This document shows, piece by piece, positions 27,964-36,674 of a stretch of DNA of 64,000 bases. Location: NCBI GenBank assembly GCA_026016225.1, contig CP061210.1:130000-193999 (forward strand), read 5' to 3'. The notes below the pieces were generated by a model. The model did no database searches. It had not been told where the DNA came from and saw nothing but the letters and a program-made list of their open reading frames with translations. A program made the translations under genes and the position numbers. Position 1 is the first letter of the stretch; every line of letters begins with the position of its first letter. The DNA comes from Candidatus Nealsonbacteria bacterium (GTDB lineage Bacteria; Patescibacteriota; Minisyncoccia; Minisyncoccales; JANBVM01).

Positions 27964-28066
27964 CAATATGCCCTCCAAAGTCTTCTCAACAGCCATTGTG
28001 GGCTTGTCAGCTCAAATCATTGAAATAGAAACAGATGCCTCATACGGATTGAGGCATTTTGAAATT
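27964..28066 (+). repeat. 103-bp direct repeat, copy B (5' end of intact comM)
   Basis: Partner of 24451-24553. Confidence 0.9.
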
Positions 28067-29488
28067 GTGGGACTCCCTGACAAAGCAGTGCAGGAATCAA
28101 GGGAGAGAGTAGGGGCTGCGATTGAAAGCTCAGGATTTAAATCTCCTCATCGTCAGCCTGTCAGGGTTCTGGTCTCTTTAGCACCGGCTGACCTTAAAAA
28201 ACAAGGTTCATTGTACGATTTGCCAATCGCCTTAGGTTATCTTTTAGCTGACAAAAAAATTAATTTTAATCCCGGAGGAAAAATAATCTTGGGTGAATTA
28301 GCTTTAGACGGCAGATTAAGACCCGTAAAAGGTGTGATATCTTTTGCTATAGCTTGCAAAGAAAAAGGTTTTTCTGAACTAATCTTGCCAAAGGAAAATG
28401 CTAACGAAGCGAGCTTAATAAAAGGGGTAAAAGTAATTGGCATAGAAAATTTAAGAGAAACTGTTGATTATTTAGAAGGAAAAAAGGAAATTAAACCTCG
28501 AGAAATAGAAATTAAGGATTTTCTCCAACATCCTGAGTATTCAATTGATTTAGGATATATTAAAGGACAAGAGTTAAGTAAAAGAGCCCTGGAAATTGTA
28601 GCTGCCGGCGGCCATAATCTTTTAATGATAGGACCGCCCGGGGCTGGAAAAACTCTTTTAGCAAAAGCTATTCCTTCAATCCTGCCTCCTCTTTCTTTTA
28701 AAGAATCATTAGAAGTAACAAAGATTTACAGTGTAGCTGGATTATTAGCTAAAAACAAACCTTTGATTTCGCAGAGACAATTCCGCTCACCGCATCACAG
28801 TTCCTCTGAAACAGCTTTAATTGGCGGTGGAATCCCTCCGAGACCTGGCGAAATAACTTTGGCTCATCGGGGAGTTTTATTTTTAGACGAATTTCCAGAA
28901 TTCCATCGCGATGTTTTAGAATCTTTGCGTCAACCAATCGAAGAAGGTAAAATAACAATTTCAAGAGCAAGATATTCCCTGACCCTGCCTGCGCGTTTCA
29001 CCTTAGTGACTGCCTCAAACCCTTGTCCCTGCGGTTATTACAAAGACCCTGAAAGAAACTGTACCTGCACTAATTCTCAAATCCAAAAATACAAAAGAAA
29101 ACTTTCAGGTCCCTTAATGGATAGAGTTGACCTTTTTATAACTGTTCCTCAATTAAAATATGATAAATTAACGGCAGCCGATGAGGAAAATTCAAGTCTA
29201 AAAATAAGAGAAAGGGTTGCCAAAACTCGTCAAATCCAACGAGAAAGATTTAAAGCAGAAAAAACCAACTCAGAAATAAAGATTCCCCAGATAAAAAAAT
29301 ACTGCCAGGTTGATCTTGCGAGTCAAAGTCTTTTAAGAAAATATGTTGATTCTGGAAAATTATCAGCCAGGGGTTATCATCGGGTTTTAAGGGTAGCACG
29401 CACTATTGCTGATTTGGAAAACTCAGAAAAAATCAGCTATCCGCACATTTCAGAAGCCCTAATGTATAGAATAAGAGAAGATGTTTAA
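27968..29488 (+). CDS. comM: YifB/ComM-family Mg-chelatase-like AAA+ ATPase
   Basis: Lon-like N-domain (LAPADLKKQGSLYDLPIALG), Walker A GPPGAGKT, Walker B FLDEFPEF, and the C-terminal ARGYHRVLRVARTIADL block. The ATG at 27968 is preferred over the TTG at 27950. Confidence 0.9.
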   Translation: MPSKVFSTAIVGLSAQIIEIETDASYGLRHFEIVGLPDKAVQESRERVGAAIESSGFKSPHRQPVRVLVSLAPADLKKQGSLYDLPIALGYLLADKKINFNPGGKIILGELALDGRLRPVKGVISFAIACKEKGFSELILPKENANEASLIKGVKVIGIENLRETVDYLEGKKEIKPREIEIKDFLQHPEYSIDLGYIKGQELSKRALEIVAAGGHNLLMIGPPGAGKTLLAKAIPSILPPLSFKESLEVTKIYSVAGLLAKNKPLISQRQFRSPHHSSSETALIGGGIPPRPGEITLAHRGVLFLDEFPEFHRDVLESLRQPIEEGKITISRARYSLTLPARFTLVTASNPCPCGYYKDPERNCTCTNSQIQKYKRKLSGPLMDRVDLFITVPQLKYDKLTAADEENSSLKIRERVAKTRQIQRERFKAEKTNSEIKIPQIKKYCQVDLASQSLLRKYVDSGKLSARGYHRVLRVARTIADLENSEKISYPHISEALMYRIREDV

Positions 29489-29512
29489 GATTTAGTTGAA
29501 AAAAGAAGCTTG

Positions 29513-29537
29513 AAAAAAGGAGCTTAGCTCCTTTTTT
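29513..29537 (+). terminator. intrinsic terminator after comM
   Basis: 11-bp stem AAAAAAGGAGC / GCTCCTTTTTT around a TTA loop. Confidence 0.75.
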
Positions 29538-29540
29538 CAC

Positions 29541-29651
29541 TTCCACAACTTCCATAGACCTCATCAGTCTCTAGGTTATATTCCACCTATTAATTTTCAG
29601 ACAAAATACCTAAAAGTGTTACCTATGTACCCTTCTAGTACATCTGTTTGA
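29541..29651 (+). pseudogene. C-terminal remnant of a DDE (rve-type, IS3/IS481-like) transposase
   Basis: It translates to FHNFHRPHQSLGYIPPINFQTKYLKVLPMYPSSTSV*, which matches the conserved YNxxRPHxSLGYxxP tail of rve integrase-core transposases. No upstream coding part remains. Confidence 0.65.
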
Positions 29652-29725
29652 CAAAAACTAAAAGATGAGGTAAAAATAGGTAGATTAAAATTATAATTAA
29701 AAATTACAAATTAAAGGTGATGTTT
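29645..29725 (+). promoter_or_regulatory. promoter/RBS module (TTGACA 29648-29653, TATAAT 29692-29697, AAAGGTGAT RBS); inverted copy of 24328-24412
   Basis: It shares the blocks TTTGACAAAAA.T.AAAGATGAGGTAA, TATAATTAAA and AATTAAAGGTGATGT with the reverse complement of 24328-24412. Confidence 0.7.
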
Positions 29726-29914
29726 ATGGTTTATGGAGAGCAATGGGAATATAAGGTTATAGAATTGGATTGGGAGCCCAAAAAACGAGAAAAGCAATTG
29801 AATCATCTTGGATTTCAAGGATGGGAATTAGCAGCTGTAACAGCATATGAAGCATATAAAGGGTGGTCAGGTACTCCAATGAGATATGCATACCTTAAAC
29901 GAAAGAAAGTTTAA
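29726..29914 (+). CDS. small DUF4177-like protein
   Basis: WEYKVIELD...QLNHLGFQGWELAAV resembles the DUF4177 pattern (YEYKV...LN.lG.eGWELV). The ATG at 29726 sits 5 nt after the GGTGA RBS. Confidence 0.5.
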   Translation: MVYGEQWEYKVIELDWEPKKREKQLNHLGFQGWELAAVTAYEAYKGWSGTPMRYAYLKRKKV

Positions 29915-29927
29915 TCTATTCAACATT

Positions 29928-29951
29928 TGGTGCTTAGCACCATTTTTTTTT
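29928..29951 (+). terminator. intrinsic terminator
   Basis: TGGTGC-TTA-GCACCA followed by nine T. Confidence 0.8.
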
Positions 29952-29988
29952 ATTTCAAAACAAAAAGTCAAAGGTTTTATACTTTGGC
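29943..29988. repeat. terminator-like hairpin module, inverted copy of 23496-23540 (serves the minus-strand M23 gene)
   Basis: GTCAAAG-8 nt-CTTTGGC. On the minus strand it is followed by TTTTTGTTTTG. It aligns to the reverse complement of 23496-23540. Confidence 0.75.
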
Positions 29989-30023
29989 TTTTAAGGTTAA
30001 AATAGAGTTAGAGTGTTTAGGGA

Positions 30024-31070
30024 TTAGTAGGCGAAAGGATTTCTGGCTCCGCTGACTCCAAAATGTACATGGCAACCTGTAGACATTCCTGCTCCCGGTG
30101 TTCCGGACTGTCCGCCCATTAAAGCTATTATTTGCCCCTGATAAACTTGATCGCCAGGATTAACAAAACTGCTCAAAATATGTCCGTACATTGTTACTAC
30201 TCCATTTGGGTGTAAAATTGTTAAATGATTCCCGGCGCCTCCAAAAGCCCAGCGGGAAGTAGAATTGGTTAATTTAACTTTCAGCACCGTGCCGCCGGCA
30301 GCAGCATATATTGACTCTCCGCATTTGCCGTGACTAAAATCAATCGCATTATACCAGTGAAGACCTTGAGTAATTCGACAGGGTAAAGATATTGGACAGA
30401 TAAAATAACTTTTACCTAACGGAACCCAGGTGGAAGCAGTTTGTACGGTAGGAGAAGGCATTACTCCGTTTGGAACAACTAAAATATCTCCAATAAAAAT
30501 ATCAGCCTCGCCTGAAAGCTGATTGAAAGAAACTATTTCTTCTGTTTTAGCTTTATAGTTTTTTGCAATAGCGCTAACAGTATCTCCTGATTTAACGTGG
30601 TGGATTATACCGGACACGGGCGGAATAATTAGTTTTTGTCCGGGTTGAATTGTTGTTTTTTGCAAATCATTAGCCCAGAGAATGCTATTTACAGAAACAT
30701 CAAATTTAGCAGCGATTGACCACAAACTATCTCCTTGTTCAACAATATACTCAACAATTGTTTTTTGAACGTCTTTAAAATCAAAACCTTCAAACAAAGC
30801 CCCCAAAACTTTTGGGGTAATGGTAAAAGGTGGACAGATTGCCCGAAAGCTATTCCTTTGCTCTAAAATAAATTCTGGTAGTTCTGGTTGTGATTTTTGA
30901 GACAAGCTCGCAAAAACATTCTGGGAATTGACAACACTTGCTGAAAATAAATCTAAAACCAAAACCTTCTCAGTGTTTCTTAAAGAACAGACGTAAACAA
31001 AGGTGATTAAAATAAGCGCTCCAAAAAGCGGTTTTAAAATTTCTTTCACTTTGTTATAAGAATCAGACAT
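30024..31070 (-). CDS. LysM-domain M23 family peptidoglycan metallopeptidase
   Basis: N-terminal TM helix, two LysM repeats (GDSLWSIAAKF..., GDTVSAIAKNY...), and M23 motifs HWYNAIDF and GCHVHFG. Confidence 0.85.
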   Translation of the reverse strand: MSDSYNKVKEILKPLFGALILITFVYVCSLRNTEKVLVLDLFSASVVNSQNVFASLSQKSQPELPEFILEQRNSFRAICPPFTITPKVLGALFEGFDFKDVQKTIVEYIVEQGDSLWSIAAKFDVSVNSILWANDLQKTTIQPGQKLIIPPVSGIIHHVKSGDTVSAIAKNYKAKTEEIVSFNQLSGEADIFIGDILVVPNGVMPSPTVQTASTWVPLGKSYFICPISLPCRITQGLHWYNAIDFSHGKCGESIYAAAGGTVLKVKLTNSTSRWAFGGAGNHLTILHPNGVVTMYGHILSSFVNPGDQVYQGQIIALMGGQSGTPGAGMSTGCHVHFGVSGARNPFAY

Positions 31071-31131
31071 TTTTTTCTATATCTTTCTATACTTCTATTT
31101 TCTAATATCATACATAAATGTCAAGTTTTAT

Positions 31132-31962
31132 ATGGACATCAAAACTGTAAAAAACTTGTTAAAAAAATACTGCATCAGACCTTTAAAAGGTTTAGGACAG
31201 AATTTTTTAATTAACAAAAGAGTTCTCAAAAAAATAATTAAAACAGCTAACCTTTCCCAAAATGACACTGTCTTAGAAATAGGACCTGGAATTGGAAATT
31301 TAACTTTGGAATTAGCAAAAAAGGCAAAAAAGGTTATTGCAATAGAAAAAGACAAAAAAATGTGTAAAGTTTTGAAAGAAGTGTTGGATTGTCAGAATAT
31401 TGGAAATGTTGAAATTATAAAAGGAGATGTTTTAAAGATTAAAAATGGTTCAATGGTTAAATGGCTAAATAGCTACAAAGTAGTTGCCAACCTACCATAT
31501 TACATAACCTCTCCTGTTATCAGAAAGTTTTTAGAAATAGAAAATCAGCCAAAAGAAATTGTTTTAATGGTTCAAAAAGAAGTTGCCAGAAGAATCTGTT
31601 CCCAGCCCCCGAAAATGAGTATATTAGCAGTTTCAGTCCAGTTTTATGCAAAACCTGAAATTATCTCTTTTGTCTCAAAAAAATCCTTTTGGCCCCAACC
31701 TAATGTGGACTCAGCCATCATCAAAATAACTCCAAAAAAAATCTCAACGAGAACAGTTCTCGTTGATTCGTTCTTTAAAATTGTTAAAGCTGGATTTTCT
31801 CATCCGAGAAAACAGCTAATAAATAATTTCTCTAAAGAATTAAAAATGAATAAAGAAAAAGTAAAAAATTGGCTTTTAAAAAACGGGATTCAGCCCAGCC
31901 AAAGAGCAGAAACTTTGTCTGTTAAAGATTGGTTAAAATTAGTTAAAGGTTATAACAATTAA
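31132..31962 (+). CDS. rsmA: 16S rRNA (adenine1518/1519-N6)-dimethyltransferase
   Basis: GQNFL, the VLEIGPGIGNLT SAM motif, and NLPYYITSP. Confidence 0.9.
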   Translation: MDIKTVKNLLKKYCIRPLKGLGQNFLINKRVLKKIIKTANLSQNDTVLEIGPGIGNLTLELAKKAKKVIAIEKDKKMCKVLKEVLDCQNIGNVEIIKGDVLKIKNGSMVKWLNSYKVVANLPYYITSPVIRKFLEIENQPKEIVLMVQKEVARRICSQPPKMSILAVSVQFYAKPEIISFVSKKSFWPQPNVDSAIIKITPKKISTRTVLVDSFFKIVKAGFSHPRKQLINNFSKELKMNKEKVKNWLLKNGIQPSQRAETLSVKDWLKLVKGYNN

Positions 31963-31998
31963 GTTGATATATCAAAGGAGTCATTATAAAATAAATTA

Positions 31999-32646
31999 AT
32001 GAAAGATTATAAAACTCTCATTTTAATAATTCTTTTTATTCTTCTTTTGAGCTTCATTACCTGGAAACGATTTGAAACTCTACAAGAGCCCTTTTCTTTA
32101 TATGAAACTAACTTTCCTAAATTTGAAATGCCAAAATTTGAATCTTTCTTTTCCCAAGAAGACAAGGGTTCTGAAGAATTTGTAAGCCCGGATGGAAAGT
32201 TGAAATTAAAATACTCTTCTAACTGGATAAAAATGGAAGAGGAAAGCTTAGAAACATTTAATAAAGAAATAGCAAGAGAAGGAGCGAAAAATTTATTTTT
32301 TGCCCAGAAGTCTAAAATTGAAGAAAATGCTCTCGCTATTCTAATCGTTCAGGAGCTAACTTTGGAAAAAGAAATAAGTTTAGAAGAAATTATTGAAGAA
32401 ATGAAAGAAAAAACAAAAGAAAAAGATGGGGAAATGGAAATTGAAAAATCGGAATTTGATGATAAAATAGCTTACCTTGAAGTAAAATATAAGCGAGATG
32501 AAACTCCTATTTTCTATTCAAAGGAAAAAATAATCCTTGAAGAAGATAAAGCTTATCTAATTATTTTCTTAAATTCCAATAATAATTGGTCGGGATTTGA
32601 AGAAGAAATAAATGAAATTTTTAATTCTATTCAAATTATTGATTAA
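31999..32646 (+). CDS. hypothetical membrane-anchored acidic protein
   Basis: 215-aa ORF with an N-terminal TM helix and a Glu-rich body. No recognisable motif. Confidence 0.4.
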   Translation: MKDYKTLILIILFILLLSFITWKRFETLQEPFSLYETNFPKFEMPKFESFFSQEDKGSEEFVSPDGKLKLKYSSNWIKMEEESLETFNKEIAREGAKNLFFAQKSKIEENALAILIVQELTLEKEISLEEIIEEMKEKTKEKDGEMEIEKSEFDDKIAYLEVKYKRDETPIFYSKEKIILEEDKAYLIIFLNSNNNWSGFEEEINEIFNSIQIID

Positions 32647-32685
32647 TTTGTGGTATAATTTAAATATAAGTATTATAATTAGAAT

Positions 32686-33948
32686 ATGAAGAAATTTATT
32701 AGGAATAAAAAAATTCTCCTTTTATTTGTACTTTTGGGATTTTTTTTCATTGTTTCAAAAACATTTGCTTTAGAAATAGACTGGCCAAAGTCTCCCGTAA
32801 GCGATACTCAATTAAATGATGACAGCGTGCTCGGAGATATGGTTAAGTATTTTTATGAGTGGGGAATTACTATGGGTGGATTAGTAACGTTTTTTTCTTT
32901 ATTAATTGGTGGATTCAAATATTTAACTTCAATAGGAAGTCCAACAGTAATGAAGGAAGCAACTGACCAAATAACCTCAGCTTTTTTAGGTCTCATTTTA
33001 CTTTTATCGTCCTGGTTGATTCTAAACACAATCAGCCCTCAATTTACAACTTTTCAAGCAAATCCTTTTAAGAAAAATCCCTATGGGGGAGAGTGGGGTG
33101 ATTTTTCATTCAAACAACAACCTTCTTGTGATTACGCCATTTTATATGACAATAGTGGAAACGAAATAGAAATTGAGGGAACCACGGAAACTGAATTAAC
33201 TGAAGACTTAGGGATAGTCCATTTAAAATCATCTCCTGTCTCTATTAGAGCCTTCCGCAAAGAAGAAGAGAAAGATAAAGAGTGTGGCCCAGAGGCATGT
33301 TTATGCTATGTAAAATTATATGCAGATGTCGATGAGGGAAGCTGTAATTTTATGGTAGCAGAGCATTTTGCATATCATAATGATCTTCCTAGCTTAATAG
33401 ATCCAGAATACAAACCTATAAAGTGTATACAATTAAAAGCGGGAGGAGCTTGTCGTCCCTGTTATAAGCCCGATGAAAGCGGTAAATGTATTTGGGTTGG
33501 AGACACTAATTGGGGAGAAGGCTTAGCTGAATGTTATGGAGATAACAAACGCTGTTTTGATAAAAAATGTAGAACTTGCGAGGGCTGGTGGGACAATGAC
33601 GGACTGGGTGGAAAGGGCTGCTGGTATAAAGAGAAAGGAGGAGAAGCTGGTCATAGTTGTAATAATGAAATTTGTAAAGACCATGGTGGATGTGTAGATG
33701 CAAATTGGAATGATGATGAGAATTGCACTATCTGCAGGCACTTTTTTGGTTCTGATGCTGGCTGTATTGACGATGCTCATCACCACGCCCCTTTTTGGGG
33801 AAACTCATGGCTCAAATATCCAACTCCCTACTGCTATTATAGGACGGGCGAGCAAGGCAGTTATGACCAGGATTGCGATTCAGGCATTCCAAAGCACTCT
33901 GCATCTTGGGAGAATTGGGAGTGGCGTATATGCGTGTGTGAGTATTAA
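32686..33948 (+). CDS. VirB2/TrbC-like T4SS pilin domain fused to a large cysteine-rich C-terminal domain
   Basis: A signal/TM segment is followed by two hydrophobic helices (GITMGGLVTFFSLLIGGFKYL, AFLGLILLLSSWLILNTI), arranged as in T4SS pilins. The C-terminal roughly 290 aa contain about two dozen Cys plus many Trp, Gly and Asp. Confidence 0.5.
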   Translation: MKKFIRNKKILLLFVLLGFFFIVSKTFALEIDWPKSPVSDTQLNDDSVLGDMVKYFYEWGITMGGLVTFFSLLIGGFKYLTSIGSPTVMKEATDQITSAFLGLILLLSSWLILNTISPQFTTFQANPFKKNPYGGEWGDFSFKQQPSCDYAILYDNSGNEIEIEGTTETELTEDLGIVHLKSSPVSIRAFRKEEEKDKECGPEACLCYVKLYADVDEGSCNFMVAEHFAYHNDLPSLIDPEYKPIKCIQLKAGGACRPCYKPDESGKCIWVGDTNWGEGLAECYGDNKRCFDKKCRTCEGWWDNDGLGGKGCWYKEKGGEAGHSCNNEICKDHGGCVDANWNDDENCTICRHFFGSDAGCIDDAHHHAPFWGNSWLKYPTPYCYYRTGEQGSYDQDCDSGIPKHSASWENWEWRICVCEY

Positions 33949-34007
33949 AATTTGTATTTATATAGAAAGCATTAAAAAATCACTTATCGATTTTTATAAC
34001 TAATAAT

Positions 34008-36533
34008 ATGAATGTGAGAAACAAACTCAAATATCTATTTTTAATAATTACAATAGGCAGTTTGCTTCTTCCTAAACCAACCTTAGCTTTCATTGGAACC
34101 GGAGTTTTTGACTTTTTCAGCACCGCCCTAGGAGGAATAGAAGAAATTTCAGGTCCTGTAGCTAAAATGCTCTTCATTGTTTTAATGGCTTATATTATTG
34201 GCATTGTATGTCTTTATACTTCTGCTTCTCTTTTAGAGCTTGTAATTGAAAATCCTGGATGGCTTTCTTTATCTGGAAACACGATGGTGAAAAGTGGTTG
34301 GGACATAATTTCTGGTCTATCCAATATGTTTTTCATCTTAGTCTTTATAATTATTACTTTGGCTATTATTTTAAAAATTGAAAGCTCCGAGGCAAAAAAG
34401 CTTTTACCAAAATTATTAATTGTTGCTCTTTTAGTTAATTTCAGCTTAGTTTTTATTGGAATATTGGTTGATATTTCAACTATTTTCTATAATACTATTT
34501 TAACAGAAGAAAACGAAGGTCTTCCCACCAAAGCAATTAATATCCTTGGAGTAGACGGACAAAATATCGTAGAGCAAATAATTACTCAAATTATAGCTCT
34601 TGCTGTAGCTTTTGTAGTACCTATTTTTGGTCCTTTCGCTCAACTTGGACTAGTTCTCGGAATAATAACTCTTGGTTATATTTCAAATATTATAATTTGG
34701 ATAGTCCAAAGTATTTGTTTTTTTATGATGAGTGGAATATTCTTTACTTATGCTTTCTTATTTGCCGCCAGGATATATATTATTCAATTATTAGCAATGT
34801 TAGCTCCTTTGGCTTTCCTGTGTTCTGTCTTGCCTCAGACTAAGAAATATTGGGATGAATGGCTTAAAACGATTGTGGAGTGGATTTTTTTAGGAATAAT
34901 CCTTTTCTTATTTTTGGTTTTAGGATTAAGGGCTGCAGATTCTTTACTTCCATCTGAAGGTATAACTTCTATTCCCCTTTTAGCCTGGGGAAATCTACCT
35001 GCCTATTTTCCTTATTATTTCTTCTTGTTTGTTTATTTAACAACTACTCTCTGGCTCAGCAAAAAATATATGCCAGAGCTTGCTGGCGCTATGATTGAGC
35101 AAGGCAAAGCCTGGGGTGGAATGGTATGGTCAAGAGGACTAAAACCACTCGGTAGAGCTGCACAACCAGCTGCAGAAAAAGTAGGGGAGGCAGTTGGAAA
35201 GAGGGTCGGAGGAAGACTTGCAGGATGGGGAGAAAAACAGAGAATAACTGGGGTTGAGAAGTCTAAAAAACTAGAGGAGAAAAAAGGTGCTAAGGCATGG
35301 TTCAGTAGAAGGGGTAGAGGTTGGCAACGAAGAATCGGAACGGGGGCAGAAATAACTGGCAGGGGAATAGCGGCTGGGATAGAAGAATCTAAGATTAGAA
35401 GAATCGAAGAACTAAAAGAGAAAACAAAAGGAAAAACAGAACAGACACAATTTTTTGAACTTCAAAAGGCACTAACTCAAAAACTCCCCGAAGAAGCACT
35501 TGGGATTACGGAAGCCATGATTGAAGACAATACTTTGGAAAAGGCTGAAAAAGCTGGTATTTTTGGGGATAAAGAACATAAAGAGTTAGTAAGGCGTAGT
35601 AAAGAATTGGGTAGAAAGACTATTTATAATTATAAACCAGACATAGCGGCTCCGATAGTAGAAAAAGAAAAGTGGGAAAGGGCAGAAAGTCTAATAAAAA
35701 AAGGAGGAATGCTTAAAGAAGAAGGTTCAGATGAAGAAGGAAATAAACTTATCAAAGAAGGAGAAGAATCCAAAAAAGAAATTTTGTCTGACATGCTTAA
35801 GGGAATTAAACCTTCACAAGTAGCTCAAATATCAGAAGAATCACTTAAAAATAACAAAATAAAAGAAGCTATAATAGATAGCTTTACTGGTAGTCAAATG
35901 GCTGAAATCGGTAGAAATTTTGAAGTAGATACCGTGGAAGGTATCCAAAGAAAAATTGATAAGATAGAAGATTTTGAAGAGTTTGCAGAGAAAAATCCTT
36001 CTCTTACTCTTTGGCTTCATGGAAATGCAGCTCAAAATTTAGGCTTTAGATCACCTACTTCTATTGTTGGTCTTCCTCGAGATGACTTAAGAAAAAGAGT
36101 TGCTGATACCCGGGTATCAGCGGAAAAAACTCGTTCCGACAAGAAAGAGAAGATTAAAATAAAATATTTTCCAGGAAAAGAAGTAATGATGTTTAAAGAT
36201 TATTATCGAAAAGACACTCTAAACACGACTAAATCCTTTATTAAAGAAATTGTGGCTAAAAAAGGAAAAACTATTCCTCTGGAGACTGAAGTTAAAAGAA
36301 GAATTGGAAAGTTTGAAAAAGAATACGATAAACTAAATAAAGAATGGTGGAAAACTTGGAAAAACTTCAAAGAAATAAGGGATGAATATCAGTCGGCGGA
36401 TAGCCCAACTGACGAGCAAGAGCAAGCTTTCCAAAAAGCTAAATCAGATATTGAGAAAAAGAAAACTAAAATCGATGAAACTCAAGCAAAGCTGATAGAA
36501 TCCGAACAAAACGCCTTAAAAGATCTCTGGTAA
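34008..36533 (+). CDS. polytopic membrane protein (VirB6/TrbL-like) with long Lys/Glu-rich coiled-coil C-terminal half
   Basis: A signal peptide and many hydrophobic helices occupy the first roughly 370 aa, and it sits immediately after the pilin-like gene. The C-terminal roughly 470 aa are charged and coiled. Confidence 0.45.
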   Translation: MNVRNKLKYLFLIITIGSLLLPKPTLAFIGTGVFDFFSTALGGIEEISGPVAKMLFIVLMAYIIGIVCLYTSASLLELVIENPGWLSLSGNTMVKSGWDIISGLSNMFFILVFIIITLAIILKIESSEAKKLLPKLLIVALLVNFSLVFIGILVDISTIFYNTILTEENEGLPTKAINILGVDGQNIVEQIITQIIALAVAFVVPIFGPFAQLGLVLGIITLGYISNIIIWIVQSICFFMMSGIFFTYAFLFAARIYIIQLLAMLAPLAFLCSVLPQTKKYWDEWLKTIVEWIFLGIILFLFLVLGLRAADSLLPSEGITSIPLLAWGNLPAYFPYYFFLFVYLTTTLWLSKKYMPELAGAMIEQGKAWGGMVWSRGLKPLGRAAQPAAEKVGEAVGKRVGGRLAGWGEKQRITGVEKSKKLEEKKGAKAWFSRRGRGWQRRIGTGAEITGRGIAAGIEESKIRRIEELKEKTKGKTEQTQFFELQKALTQKLPEEALGITEAMIEDNTLEKAEKAGIFGDKEHKELVRRSKELGRKTIYNYKPDIAAPIVEKEKWERAESLIKKGGMLKEEGSDEEGNKLIKEGEESKKEILSDMLKGIKPSQVAQISEESLKNNKIKEAIIDSFTGSQMAEIGRNFEVDTVEGIQRKIDKIEDFEEFAEKNPSLTLWLHGNAAQNLGFRSPTSIVGLPRDDLRKRVADTRVSAEKTRSDKKEKIKIKYFPGKEVMMFKDYYRKDTLNTTKSFIKEIVAKKGKTIPLETEVKRRIGKFEKEYDKLNKEWWKTWKNFKEIRDEYQSADSPTDEQEQAFQKAKSDIEKKKTKIDETQAKLIESEQNALKDLW

Positions 36534-36674
36534 AGAAAAAAGGGGAATAAGTAGATAATAAAAATAGTTCAGATTTATATTAAAGAAGTAAAAAGAGAAC
36601 TTTTAAAAAGTAAAAAAAAAGCAGTTTAACGACATGCCGGTCTAATTTAGGTATTTAGGACAAAAAAGAGCTAT

